A stretch of DNA of 64,000 bases from an uncultured Chloroflexia bacterium (GTDB lineage: Bacteria > Chloroflexota > Dehalococcoidia > UBA2247 > RBG-13-53-26), in assembly GCA_963720375.1 (NCBI GenBank), contig CAVRFM010000002.1, positions 66,008 through 130,007 on the forward strand. Direction: 5' to 3'. The notes beneath the pieces are model-generated. The model searched no databases. It saw only the letters and a program-made list of their open reading frames with translations, and was not told where the DNA came from. Made by a program: the position numbers and the translations under genes. Positions within the stretch are counted from its first letter, which is position 1. Each line of letters opens with the position of its first letter. Below, one piece after another: positions 27,351-37,808 of the stretch.

Positions 27351-30300
27351 ATGAAAAGGTCAATACTCACTATTCCCAGAAAAACCCGGAGGATGCTGAA
27401 GGCAATCCCAATACTTGGTCTGGCCTTGATCTTGGCGTTGGTCCTGGTAGCAGTGGTAAACTCTGCCATGCCCATGCAGGTATCTGCTGCAATAGCACAG
27501 CGGGGCACTGCAACGACGGCAACCACCACCAACACAAACCTGACTATTAATAAACCAACCGGCGTTGTAGCAGGCGATGTGATGATCGTGAATATTGCCA
27601 AAGTTGGTAATAACACAACTGCGCCCTCTTTAGCCGGCTGGACGCTGATAGATGGCAGAAGTCTTGGTGGTATGACGCGACGCTATGGCGCCGTTTTGTA
27701 TAAAGTGGCTGGCGCATCAGAACCGGCAAGTTATACATTTGCCCTCGGTACCGGCACAAACGGTGCTGTCGGCTCGATTGTTGCATTTTCAGGAGTTGAC
27801 ACATCAGGGGCGACTCCTTTTGATGTTGCTCCTGGGACTATTTCAGTACAGCCCAGTCAAACTGCTGTGGCGGCGACCACTATAACTACGGCTTCTGCCA
27901 ATGCGGCAGTGATAATGTTCGGGATGGCGGCTAACTCTACCCCTACCTGGTCTGGTTGGACAACAACATCACCTGGCACACTGACCGAACTGTACGATAA
28001 TCAGGTCGGTGGTGCCAACCAGGCATCTGTCGGCGCGGCGTGGGCTACGAAAGCAACTGCCGGCGCTACGGGTGCTGGAGCGGCAACGCTCTCATCCGCA
28101 CAACGAAACGGCGGGATTTTGATCGCGCTTAAACCTGCCGGCAACCCATTACCTGCTACCACCAGTATTTCGCCAACCACTGAGACTGTTGGCGATGCTG
28201 ATTTCACTTTGACAGTTAATGGAACAAACTTTGTGAGTGCGTCAGTTGTACGCCTTGATGGGGCTGATAGGACAACAACCTTTGTCAGTTCAACCCAGCT
28301 AACAGCCACAATTCCGTCCAGTGACATTACAACAGCCGGGGATAAGAGTATCACTGTATTCAACCCTACACCGGGCGGCGGCACATCTAATGCCCAGACC
28401 CTGACGGTGAATAAGGCCACGCCTGCAATCACGTGGGCCACCCGGCCGACATTGTCTACGGCATTACCCTGGACATCACACAGCTCTGCGCTACTGCTTC
28501 GGTACCTGGTACATTCGTTTATAGCCCAGATTTCGGAGCCTTGCTTCCGGCAGGTAACAGCCAGACGCTGAACGTGGATTTCACCCCAACCGATTTTGCA
28601 AACTACAACAACACTTCTAAAGATGTAACTATCAATGTCAACAAGGCAACCCTGACCATCACCGCCGATAATGCCTCTAAGACCTACGGTGACACGGTCA
28701 CCTTCACCGGCACCGAGTTTACTACCATCGGCCTGGAGCCGGGCGACAGCGTAAACAGCGTCACCCTGACCAGCACCGGGGCTGCGGCAGATGCCACGGT
28801 TGGCACTTATGACATCGTGCCCAGCGCCGCCGTGGGGACGGGCCTGGACAACTACGATATTACCTATGACAACGGGACTCTGACCGTGAGCGTCAGAAAC
28901 ATCACGGTGACTGCCGACGATAACGGCAAGACCTACGGCGATGCCGATCCGGCCCTCACCTATCAGATCACCTCAGGCTCACTGGCTTCAGGCGATACCT
29001 TCTCCGGTGACATCGCCCGGGTAGCCGGCGAGGATGTCGGCACCTATGCCATCCAGCAGGACACGCTGGCCCTGAACAGCAACTACAACCTCACCTTCGT
29101 GGACGGCACCTTCACCATCGGCACCAGAGACATCGACGGTCACCGCCGACGATAACGGCAAGACCTACGGCGATGCCGATCCGGCCCTCACCTATCAGAT
29201 CACCTCAGGCTCACTGGCTTCAGGCGATACCTTCTCCGGTGACATCGCCCGGGTAACCGGCGAGAATGTCGGCACCTATGCCATCCAGCAGGGCACGCTG
29301 GCCCTGAACAGTAACTACAACCTCACCTTCGTGGACGGCACCTTCACCATCGGCACCAGGGACATCACGGTCACCGCCGATGATAACGGCAAGACCTACG
29401 GCGATGCCGATCCGGCCCTCACCTATCAGATCACCTCAGGCTCACTGGCTCCGGCGATGCCTTCTCCGGCGCCATCGCCCGGGTAGCCGGCGAGAATGTC
29501 GGCACCTATGCCATCCAGCAGGGCACGCTGGCCCTGAACAGTAACTACAACCTCACCTTCGTGGACGGCACCTTCACCATCGGCACCAGAGACATCACGG
29601 TCACCGCCGACAATAACGGCAAGACATACGGTGATGCCGATCCGGCCCTCACCTATCAGATCACCTCAGGCTCACTGGCTCCAGGCGATACCTTTACCGG
29701 TGCCATCGCCCGGGAAGCCGGCAAGAATGTCGGCACCTATGCCATCCAGCAGGGCACGCTGGCCCTGAACAGCAACTATAACCTCAACTTCGTGAACGGC
29801 ACCTTCACTATCGGCGTCAGAAACATCACGGTGACCGCCGACAATAACGGCAAGACATACGGAGATGCCGATCCGGCCCTCACCTATCAGATCACCTTAG
29901 GCTCCCTGGCTGCAGCGATGCCTTCACCGGCGCCATAGCCCGAGTGGCCGGCGAGAATGTCGGCACCTATGCCATCCAGCAGGGCGCGCTGGCCCTGAAC
30001 AGCAACTACAACCTCACCTTCGTGGACGGCACCTTCACCATCGGCCCGAAGGCTCTGACCATCACCGCCAATAACCGCAGCAAGACCTACGGTGACGCGG
30101 TCACCTTCGCCGGGACCGAGTTTACTACCAGTGGCCTGGTGGGCAGCGACACGCGACCATCACCAGCATCACACTCACCAGCACCGGGGCCGCGGCCAGC
30201 GCCACGGTATCCGGCAGTCCCTACTCCATCGTGCCCAGCGCCGCCGTGGGAACAGGCCTGGGCAACTACACTATTACCTATGTCAACGGCACTCTTACGG

Positions 30301-30706
30301 TAACCAAAGCAAGTATCGGTTGGAGCATAAGCTCTTCAGCTAGCACGTCAACTGACGGCCACTCGGTTACCTTTACCGCCACTGTCACTGACACAGGAGC
30401 AACTGGCACGGTGACTTTCAAAGATGGGGAGACTATCCTGGGCAGCAGTACGCTGAGCAATGGCACGGCAACCTACAGCACCTCGACGCTCTCCGTGGGA
30501 GCCATTCCATCACCGCTGTCTATGACGGAGATGCTAACTTCGCCGGCAGTACCTCTTCAGCAGTTGATCTTACAGTGAAGGCAGCGGCAGGATCCATCTG
30601 GGGTCTGATCGCCGGAATCATAGCCGTTGGCGTACTTGTCATCCTGTTCTTCTTACTGCTGATCTTTCGCCGCAGACGCAAACCTAATCAGCAGGCGCAC
30701 AGATAA
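27351..30706 (+). pseudogene. large cell-surface adhesin-like protein (signal peptide, tandem MBG-domain repeats, Big_3-like Ig domain, C-terminal TM anchor). The reading frame is broken by several 1-nt indels inside the repeats.
   Basis: N-terminal signal/TM (MKRSILTIPRKTRRMLKAIPILGLALILALVLVAVV). KTYGD...NYNLTFVDGTFTIG MBG repeats. VTFKDGETILGSSTLSNGTATY Ig-like unit. C-terminal GLIAGIIAVGVLVILFFLLLIFRRRRK anchor. The ORF fragments 27351..28571, 28433..29155, 29561..29938, 29944..30303 and 30231..30578 cover the locus. Confidence 0.7.
28921..30075 (+). repeat. five near-identical tandem copies of a 231-bp (77-aa) MBG-domain repeat
   Basis: TAACGGCAAGAC(C/A)TACGG(C/T)GATGCCGATCCGGCCCTCACCTATCAGATCACC... 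recurs at 28921, 29153, 29384, 29614 and 29845. The spacings are 232, 231, 230 and 231 nt, so single-nucleotide indels shift the frame between copies. Confidence 0.85.
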
Positions 30707-30717
30707 TCAATCGCCAA

Positions 30718-30747
30718 GTGCCACGGGCTGAGCCCGTGGCACTTTAA
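30718..30747 (+). terminator. rho-independent terminator after the adhesin gene
   Basis: GTGCCACGGGC-tga-GCCCGTGGCAC forms an 11-bp stem and is followed by TTTAATAT. Confidence 0.6.
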
Positions 30748-31013
30748 TATATCAGATACATCGAAGACTCCCGCCTTACACAGCGTGACTATTTACCATT
30801 ACTAGTGAACACTCCGGGCTTGTGTGCCCTATTCACTAAAGCCTCTTTCCTGTGCTAATATATTGCCATGCCCCGCGGCTTGGTCTGTGATGGGAGAAAG
30901 TATGGTATCCTGTCATCCGGACTTTCCCACACGCTTTGCGAGAAACCTAATCCCAGCATTCCAGGTCTTCTGAAAAGGGCAGGAATAGAAACTATTGAGC
31001 TTAGGAGGAGACG

Positions 31014-32987
31014 ATGATCTTAGGTGTAATACTGGGAGTAATTGCTTTAGTAATAGTCCTGATACTCGTAATTCCATCCACCAAGTATATCGGACCCACC
31101 GAGGTAGGCCTGATAATCAAGAAGGTGGGGAAGAACCTTCCTGCTGACGAGCCTATGGCTTTTCACGGTGAGGCTGGTTATCAGATGGAACTGCTTATGC
31201 CAGGACTGCGCTGGAAGTTCTGGCCCATCTTCTCGGTGATAAAGTATCCCTGGGTGCAAATACCGGCAGGCGAAGTTGGTGTTGTCATCGCCCAGGTTGG
31301 CAAGCAGCTTCCCATTGGTGCCAAGTCCGCGGTTTATAAACCGGAGTACGGTTCCTTCCAGAATCTGAAGAGGTTTCTCGAGAATGACGGCCAAAAGGGT
31401 GTGCAGAGACCGGTCCTGCCTCCGGGGACTCTGGCTGCCTTCCATCCGGTATGTTTTCTGGTTATTACCAAAAAGCAGGTCTATGGAAGACCAATAGAAC
31501 CCGATTTGCTCAGCAAATTTCAGAAGCAGGGGTATCTCACCCCCAAGGATTTTGGCCTCGAGCCCGATCAACTTAATCTGGTAGTGATTGAACCGGAATC
31601 AACCGCAGCCGATAGAAAAGTCAAGGACGTTATTGGTATCGTCACTACGCTTGAAGGAGAGCCTCTGGCTGCCGGCGACATAGCTTCCAGGCTGGGGGGA
31701 TTTGACGACGTGAAGAAGCTTGAAGGGACTGGCGGCTTTGATGCGGACCTGATTGAGATGGTCCTGGGTTGTCAGAATACCAAGCATAACAACTATCAGG
31801 ACTTCCAGAAGTTTCTTGACCTGGGAGGCAAGATCGGCCTTCAGCATGACCCCCTGCTCTACGGAGCCTATGCCTTGAATCCCTTCCTGGTCAGGGTTGA
31901 TATCGCTCCTATGCTGGTGGTCGAGCAGGGCGAGGTTGCCGTAATCAAGTCTTATGTGGGGTTGATGACTGAGGATGTCACCGGCGAGGAGTTTAAGTTC
32001 GGCGTCATAGTCAAACCGGGACACCGGGGTATCTGGAGAGAGGCACTGGGCACCGGCAAGTATCCCATCAATCCGCACTGTTATCAGGCTGAAATCGTGC
32101 CTACTGCCATACTGACACTTAACTGGGCGGAGCAGACCTCTAAGGCCCACACTCTCGATGCTACCCTGTCACAGATCGTGGCCAAGAGCCGTGAAGGTTT
32201 CATATTTAAGATTGACCTGCAAGTGCAGATTCACGTCTCGGGTGTAGAAGCTCCCAGAGTTATCTCTATGGTGGGCACTATGCAGAACCTGGTCAGCGAA
32301 GTCTTACAGGCTGCTGTAGGCAACCACTTCAGGGATAAGATGCAGAGCATGAAGGCCGTTCAGTTCATCGAGACAAGGCAGCAGGTTCAGGAGGAAGCAT
32401 TCAAGCATATCGAGTCTAAGTTGAGCCAGTATAAGGTAGAGACGAAGGGTGTGTACATTCAGGACGTCATACTTCCTGAACAGATGGTGAAGGTCTTGAC
32501 AGAGAGGGAAATTGCCAACCAGGAGATAGAGACGTTCAAGAAGCAGAGGGATGCGCAGGAACAGAGAATAATGATGGAGAAGTCGAAAGGTATGGCCGAT
32601 AAACAGAGTGAACTGGCTTCATCCGAAGTCAATATTACCATCAAGGGGAATAATGCTGAAGCCAGAAAGAAGGAAGCCGATGGCGAAGCCTACTATACCC
32701 TCGAAACCGGCAGGGTGCAGGGAGCCGAGGTAGAGGCTATCGGTATGGCCAAGGCAAAAGCATATAAGGCTCAGGTGGAAGCTCTGGGGCAAGATTCCAC
32801 CGCCCTGGTCAACGCCATCACTGCTCTGTCAGATAAGGGCTTGAAGTTTGTCCCTGATGTCATGGTAAGCGGCGGCGGGTCTTCCATAGATGGACTGGCC
32901 GGGGTTCTCATGAACATGCTGGGCAAAATGGGTAAACCGCCAGCCGTTCCGGCTGCTTTGCAGGAGGGCGGCAAGGACAAAGGATAG
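31014..32987 (+). CDS. SPFH / band-7 domain membrane protein, flotillin-like (YqiK-type) with long coiled-coil C-terminus
   Basis: N-terminal TM helix (MILGVILGVIALVIVLILVI), then an SPFH-like core (VGLIIKKVGK...). An E/K/A/Q-rich coiled-coil region from ~aa 480 resembles flotillin repeats. Confidence 0.6.
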   Translation: MILGVILGVIALVIVLILVIPSTKYIGPTEVGLIIKKVGKNLPADEPMAFHGEAGYQMELLMPGLRWKFWPIFSVIKYPWVQIPAGEVGVVIAQVGKQLPIGAKSAVYKPEYGSFQNLKRFLENDGQKGVQRPVLPPGTLAAFHPVCFLVITKKQVYGRPIEPDLLSKFQKQGYLTPKDFGLEPDQLNLVVIEPESTAADRKVKDVIGIVTTLEGEPLAAGDIASRLGGFDDVKKLEGTGGFDADLIEMVLGCQNTKHNNYQDFQKFLDLGGKIGLQHDPLLYGAYALNPFLVRVDIAPMLVVEQGEVAVIKSYVGLMTEDVTGEEFKFGVIVKPGHRGIWREALGTGKYPINPHCYQAEIVPTAILTLNWAEQTSKAHTLDATLSQIVAKSREGFIFKIDLQVQIHVSGVEAPRVISMVGTMQNLVSEVLQAAVGNHFRDKMQSMKAVQFIETRQQVQEEAFKHIESKLSQYKVETKGVYIQDVILPEQMVKVLTEREIANQEIETFKKQRDAQEQRIMMEKSKGMADKQSELASSEVNITIKGNNAEARKKEADGEAYYTLETGRVQGAEVEAIGMAKAKAYKAQVEALGQDSTALVNAITALSDKGLKFVPDVMVSGGGSSIDGLAGVLMNMLGKMGKPPAVPAALQEGGKDKG

Positions 32988-33067
32988 CCTAGCACCCGGC
33001 AGACTCCGGTTCCAGGGGCACACTCGCTCTAAGTACCCGACCCGCATAAATCATGGCCACAGACACT

Positions 33068-33103
33068 GCTCCGAAACCCCTCGGTTTCGGAGCGGTTCTT
33101 TTT
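33068..33103 (+). terminator. rho-independent terminator
   Basis: GCTCCGAAACC-cctc-GGTTTCGGAGC forms an 11-bp stem and is followed by GGTTCTTTTTGG. Confidence 0.7.
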
Positions 33104-33200
33104 GGATAGCACGAATACGCTATTCAGATCTGGTGAACCGGGTGTAGTTGGTTATTCATACACTCTCAACCATGAGTTGACTTACTACCCTTGTTTATTG

Positions 33201-33229
33201 TTGACAGCAGATAAATTAGTTGGTATAAT
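33201..33229 (+). promoter_or_regulatory. perfect consensus sigma70 promoter with extended -10
   Basis: TTGACA (33201-06), a 17-bp spacer ending in TGG, and TATAAT (33224-29). An AT-rich tract lies upstream. It drives the two small membrane-protein genes. Confidence 0.65.
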
Positions 33230-33320
33230 GCTAACAGTTTGAAAAATAACAATAGATTGACTTGGCCATATCTTATAGGTGTCGGAAAGTGATGGCAGGC
33301 ATCAAGGAAAGAGAGGCGAA

Positions 33321-33527
33321 ATGGATAGACAGAGACGCATGCTGAACGCTCTGACGGTCTTCTTACTCGGTGTCGGAGTGCTCGTTCTATTCCTCGGCCC
33401 ATGTGCAGGGCTATACAGCATCGCTCTGGGATTCGTCGGCCTGATTGCCTTCTGGGTGGTGGCAATTACCCTCAGGGTATATCACGTCAGTATACCCAAA
33501 GACGACGACTACTGGTCATATCGATAG
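33321..33527 (+). CDS. small two-TM membrane protein, paralog 1
   Basis: 68 aa from the ATG at 33321, which has an AAGGAAAGAGAGG RBS. The longer GTG-initiated ORF starts at 33279. It shares the pattern N-x-LT-x-F...G-x-L...P-x-x-GLY-x-IAL with the gene at 33560. Confidence 0.55.
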   Translation: MDRQRRMLNALTVFLLGVGVLVLFLGPCAGLYSIALGFVGLIAFWVVAITLRVYHVSIPKDDDYWSYR

Positions 33528-33559
33528 GGTCTTGAATACAGAACAAAGGGAGGTGAAAA

Positions 33560-33787
33560 ATGGAAAAACAGAATCGCAAAGTGAACACCCTGACAATCTT
33601 CTCAAGGAGTATTGGCATCCTGCTTCTGGCCGCCTTCACGGTTGCTGGCATCCTGGTTATGGTTCTTAGCCCACACCCGGGACTGTACGGTATCGCCCTG
33701 ACCGTGTGCGCGGGAGTATACGCCATCGTCCTGGGATTCGCCGCGGTGGGTGTCTCCTGGCATATCGGCAAGATTTTGAATACTTAA
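33560..33787 (+). CDS. small two-TM membrane protein, paralog 2
   Basis: 75 aa with an AAGGGAGGTG RBS. It is paralogous to the gene at 33321. A strong terminator follows. Confidence 0.55.
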   Translation: MEKQNRKVNTLTIFSRSIGILLLAAFTVAGILVMVLSPHPGLYGIALTVCAGVYAIVLGFAAVGVSWHIGKILNT

Positions 33788-33809
33788 GAAAGGTACCCCC
33801 CTTTCTTCA

Positions 33810-33843
33810 AAGAACCCTCCGATCGGAGGGTTCTTTGTTTTAT
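33810..33843 (+). terminator. rho-independent terminator
   Basis: AGAACCCTCC-gatc-GGAGGGTTCT forms a 10-bp stem and is followed by TTGTTTTATC. Confidence 0.75.
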
Positions 33844-33934
33844 CAAACCATAAGGTTCGACAACACCCCGGATGATGGTATACTGGGGCCAACGACTCCT
33901 GGCACCCAGCCTGTGTAGAAGACTGACATAGGAC

Positions 33935-35176
33935 ATGATACGCATCCTTCACTTCGCCGATCTCCACATGGGTGTGGAGAACTACAGCCGCATCGATCCG
34001 GCTACCGGTATCTCCAACTGTCTGCTTGATTTCCAGGCTGCACTGGATGAAGTGGTGGAATTCGCCCTGGGAAACCAGGTGGACCTGGTCCTTTTCTGCG
34101 GGGATGCCTACAAGACCCGCGACCCCTCGCAAACCCACCAGAGAGAGTTCGCCAGGCGTATCAACCGCCTGGCCGCCAGTGGCATACAGGTTTTCCTCCT
34201 CGTGGGCAACCATGACCTTCCCAATGCCGTCGGCCGCGCCACGGCGGTGGAGATCTTCGATACCCTGACCGTACAGAATGTGACCGTAGCCAGCCAGCCT
34301 GATATCTATTCCATCAAGACCAGAGAGGGAAACATCCAGATAGCCGCGCTGCCCTGGTGGAGGCGGAATGCCCTGCTCAGCCGCGAGGAAACCAGACACC
34401 TCAATATCGAGGAGATCAAACAGAGGTTGGAGGCCAATCTAAACGAGATCATCCGGTCCCACATTGCCAGGCTGGACCCGGGCCTGCCCGCCATTATGGC
34501 CGCCCATGTCTCTCTGTCCCATGCCAGCCCCGGCTCGGAACGGACGATGATCCTGGGACAGGACCCGGCACTCCCCCTGAGCAGCGTGGCCAGTCCGGCC
34601 TTCGATTACGTAGCCCTGGGGCATATCCACCGGAATCAGATCCTCTCCCACTATCCGCCCGTGGTCTATCCGGGGTCATTGCAGCGGATCAACTTCAGCG
34701 ACGAGGAGGATACCAAGGGTTTCTACGTCGTGGACATAGAGCCGGAGAAGAGCCGCGGCGAGAGGGTTGCCTTCAACTTCCATCCCTCAAAGGCCCGCCG
34801 CTTCCTCACCATAAGAGTGAATATCCCCCACAACGACCCCGATCCCACAGCCACCATCCTGAAAAGCATCGCCCGCCAGGAACGGGATATCAAAGATGCT
34901 ATTGTCCGGGTGCAGATCAATATTGCCGAGCACCTCGATGGGCTGGTTCAGGAGCAGGAGATTCATCGGGCGCTGGGCGAAGCACAGTATGTCTCCATCG
35001 CCAAGGATGTGGAACGCGAGCGCCGCACCAGGCTGGGAGACCGCTCGGCTGAGGCCATGAGCCCCACCGAGGCGCTCAAGGTTTACCTGGCAATGAAGAA
35101 GACCCCTGCTGACAGGACCAAGTTGTTGCTTGAATACGCCGATAGGCTTATTCAGGAAACCAGGGGCGAAGATTAA
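33935..35176 (+). CDS. sbcD: DNA repair exonuclease SbcD/Mre11-like (calcineurin-type metallophosphoesterase)
   Basis: MIRILHFADLHMG, GDAYKTRDP, LLVGNHD and the HVSL motif. Confidence 0.85.
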   Translation: MIRILHFADLHMGVENYSRIDPATGISNCLLDFQAALDEVVEFALGNQVDLVLFCGDAYKTRDPSQTHQREFARRINRLAASGIQVFLLVGNHDLPNAVGRATAVEIFDTLTVQNVTVASQPDIYSIKTREGNIQIAALPWWRRNALLSREETRHLNIEEIKQRLEANLNEIIRSHIARLDPGLPAIMAAHVSLSHASPGSERTMILGQDPALPLSSVASPAFDYVALGHIHRNQILSHYPPVVYPGSLQRINFSDEEDTKGFYVVDIEPEKSRGERVAFNFHPSKARRFLTIRVNIPHNDPDPTATILKSIARQERDIKDAIVRVQINIAEHLDGLVQEQEIHRALGEAQYVSIAKDVERERRTRLGDRSAEAMSPTEALKVYLAMKKTPADRTKLLLEYADRLIQETRGED

Positions 35177-36117
35177 GAGGGAAGCAGCGATCCGATAAAG
35201 CCCCTCTGTCCCCGCACAAACTCCTCCGCCGTCATCGCCCGCTTGCCTTCCAACTGCAGCCGCACCAGCCCCAGAATACCATCACCCGTTTGAACCCCAA
35301 GGGGAGCACCCTTTGCCCCCTTCGTCTCGACCACCCTTCCCGGTTCGCCCTCCCCCGGCAAAGGCACCGCCTCGATAATCCTCACCAGCTTGCCCTGCCA
35401 GGTGGTATGGCAGCCAGGCCAGGGTTGAAAGGCCCTCACCCTCCGCCACAGCTCCACTGCCGGGCGGAGCCAGTCCATCTGCCCATCCTCCTTGGTGGCC
35501 ATCCTGGAACAGGTGGCTCTCCCGTTATCCTGCGGCTGCGGGGACAGCTTGCCCCCCACCCATAAGGGCAGCGTTTCCATCAGGAGCTGCGCCCCCATCT
35601 CCGCCAGACTGGCGGTGAGCGTCGCCGTGGTATCCTCAGGCGATACCGGCCACTCCCGCTGCGCCAGCACCGGGCCGGTGTCCATGCCCTTGTCCAGAAG
35701 CATGATGCTCACCCCGGTCACTTCATCACCAGCCAGGATCGCCGCAGCTACCGGCGCCGGGCCGCGGTGCCTGGGGAGGAGCGAGGGGTGGATGTTGAGG
35801 CAGCCGTAGCGGGGGATGTCCAGAACGCTCTGCGGCAGCAACTGACCGTAGGCCGCCACCACAATGGCAGACGGCTGCAGTTCCGCCAGCTTCTCCACTT
35901 CCTCCGGCTGCCTCAGAGAAGCAGGCTGCCGCACCGTCAGCCCGTGGTGCAGCGCCGCCGCCTTCACCGCCGGCGGCACCAGCTTGCGCCCTCTTCCTGC
36001 CGGCTCATCCGGCTGCGTATAGACCGCCACCACCTCATTTTCACTGTGGACAAGGCGGTCCAAGGCAGGGAGGGCAAACTCCGGTGTACCCATGAAAACA
36101 ATTCTCACAGCGGTCAC
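35173..36117 (-). CDS. fmt: methionyl-tRNA formyltransferase
   Basis: IVFMGTPEFALPALDRL, the SLLPRHRGPAP formyltransferase motif and a C-terminal domain. It converges on sbcD with a 4-nt overlap. Confidence 0.9.
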   Translation of the reverse strand: MTAVRIVFMGTPEFALPALDRLVHSENEVVAVYTQPDEPAGRGRKLVPPAVKAAALHHGLTVRQPASLRQPEEVEKLAELQPSAIVVAAYGQLLPQSVLDIPRYGCLNIHPSLLPRHRGPAPVAAAILAGDEVTGVSIMLLDKGMDTGPVLAQREWPVSPEDTTATLTASLAEMGAQLLMETLPLWVGGKLSPQPQDNGRATCSRMATKEDGQMDWLRPAVELWRRVRAFQPWPGCHTTWQGKLVRIIEAVPLPGEGEPGRVVETKGAKGAPLGVQTGDGILGLVRLQLEGKRAMTAEEFVRGQRGFIGSLLPS

Positions 36118-36249
36118 ATTCTAGCATGGGGGCCCGAATGCAACAACGGGCTGAATCGCTCCACACAGACAACCCCATTTTTTACCGATGCGAATCTGTT
36201 GTATAATCTGGGGCGCAGGTCATCACAATCATCAAAAGGGGGGACAAGC

Positions 36250-37707
36250 ATGGCAAAGAAAAGGATCTTTGTGTCCGGGGCCTCTGGTTCCATGGGCGGC
36301 GAAGCCTTCAAGGAACTGCTGAAAAGAAGAGCCAAATACGACGTCGTCACCCTGCTCAGACCTTCCAAGCAGAACAAGAAGGCCTTTGCCCAATATGAGG
36401 GTCAGGAGGGAGTGAAGATCGTCTGGGGAGATTTATGTAATCCTGACGACGTACTGAAGGCCGTTGAGGGAGTGGATCAAGTCCTCCATCCGGCTGCCCT
36501 GATCGCTCCGGAGGCAGACGACCACCCGGCTATGTGCAGGAACATCAACTGCGGCGGCACTGAAAACATCATCGCCGCCATCAAGAAGCAACCCGACGGC
36601 CTCGACAGGATCCGGATGGTCTATATCAGTTCCGTAGCCGCATACGGAGACCGGCTTCCCCCTATTCACATGGTCAGGGTGGGAGACCCCCTGAAGCCCA
36701 GCGTTGGCGACTATTACGCCACGACAAAAATAGCCGCAGAAAGAGCCGTCATAGAATCCGGCCTGAAATACTGGGCCGTCATGCGGCAGACCTATATCGC
36801 TATCCCCAATGCACTGACGCTCATGGATCCCATCATGTTCCACCAGCCTGTCAACACCTGCATCGAACTGATCAACAGTGAGGATGCCGGATACGGACTC
36901 GTCCAGACCATCGAGACGCCCGATGAGTTCTGGGGCAGGGTATATAACATGGGAGGAGGCCCGTCATGCCGGGTTATCTTCAAGGACTACCTGGCACAAA
37001 TGATGAAGCTCTTCAGTCTGGGAGACTTCAGAAAGATAATGCCCCTTAACTGGTTCGGCATAAGGAACTTCCACTGCTGCTGGTATGAAGACAGCTACGT
37101 TCTCAACGAATACCTCGGTCACTGGAGACATTCACTTGAGGACCATTATGCGCAGGTAAAAGCCAATATCCCCTGGTATTTGAAATTCGGAGCCAGACTC
37201 GCGCCTCCTTTCATCGTAAGAGCATACATGAAGAGAACAGCAGAGCCGCTACAATGGATCGAAAAGAACGACGTGGAAAAGATCAAAGCCTTCTTCGGCA
37301 GCCGTGAACAGTGGGAGAAAATCCCTGATTGGGCCCACTATCAAGAGATAGTCCCGGAGAAGCAGAAAGAGCCTCCGGACAGGTCACGGAATGTTGACTT
37401 CAAGCGCTTCACCATGGAAGAGATACGGCAGATGGCCGAGGCCAGAGGGGGAGTGTGTCTCTCCACAACGTTCACCGATATCAAAACGAAGCTCAGGTGG
37501 AAATGCGCCTTCGGGCACGAGTGGGAAGCTACGCCGGTGCTTATCAGGGCCGGCCACTGGTGTCCGGAATGTTATCCCCCGCCGTGGAACTGGGATGCCC
37601 TGGCCAAGGTGGACCCGCTGCTGGCCAGACACTACTACAATAATCACGATAAGAACGAAAGCCAGAAGGTCGACTACCTGTATTGCCCCTCACCCATGGT
37701 GAAGTAA
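36250..37707 (+). CDS. NAD-dependent epimerase/dehydratase (SDR) family protein with ~230-aa C-terminal extension ending in a Cys/His/Trp-rich Zn-ribbon-like segment
   Basis: ATG at 36250 with an AAAGGGGGG RBS. The ORF upstream of this overlaps fmt and is an artefact. Rossmann motif IFVSGASGSMGGEA and catalytic YxxxK (YYATTK). C-terminal KCAFGHEWEATPVLIRAGHWCPECY. Confidence 0.7.
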   Translation: MAKKRIFVSGASGSMGGEAFKELLKRRAKYDVVTLLRPSKQNKKAFAQYEGQEGVKIVWGDLCNPDDVLKAVEGVDQVLHPAALIAPEADDHPAMCRNINCGGTENIIAAIKKQPDGLDRIRMVYISSVAAYGDRLPPIHMVRVGDPLKPSVGDYYATTKIAAERAVIESGLKYWAVMRQTYIAIPNALTLMDPIMFHQPVNTCIELINSEDAGYGLVQTIETPDEFWGRVYNMGGGPSCRVIFKDYLAQMMKLFSLGDFRKIMPLNWFGIRNFHCCWYEDSYVLNEYLGHWRHSLEDHYAQVKANIPWYLKFGARLAPPFIVRAYMKRTAEPLQWIEKNDVEKIKAFFGSREQWEKIPDWAHYQEIVPEKQKEPPDRSRNVDFKRFTMEEIRQMAEARGGVCLSTTFTDIKTKLRWKCAFGHEWEATPVLIRAGHWCPECYPPPWNWDALAKVDPLLARHYYNNHDKNESQKVDYLYCPSPMVK

Positions 37708-37808
37708 GGGCCAGGGTCGGCTTACTCTCGCTTCCCGGACTCCGAGAGCGCAATTCTGCGATATCTCAGTTGTGGCTGAGAACCGTCAATGTCATAATAG
37801 CAATTGAG

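Noticed and set aside
33602-34399. 265-aa minus-strand ORF
   Set aside because: It lies antisense across the 3' end of the small membrane-protein gene, a strong terminator and the 5' half of sbcD. It has no recognisable motifs, and the sense-strand genes have clear homology.
35767-36249. Upstream extension of the epimerase ORF (35767..37707)
   Set aside because: The extension is antisense to fmt and has no RBS. A clean ATG with an AAAGGGGGG RBS occurs at 36250, where SDR homology begins.
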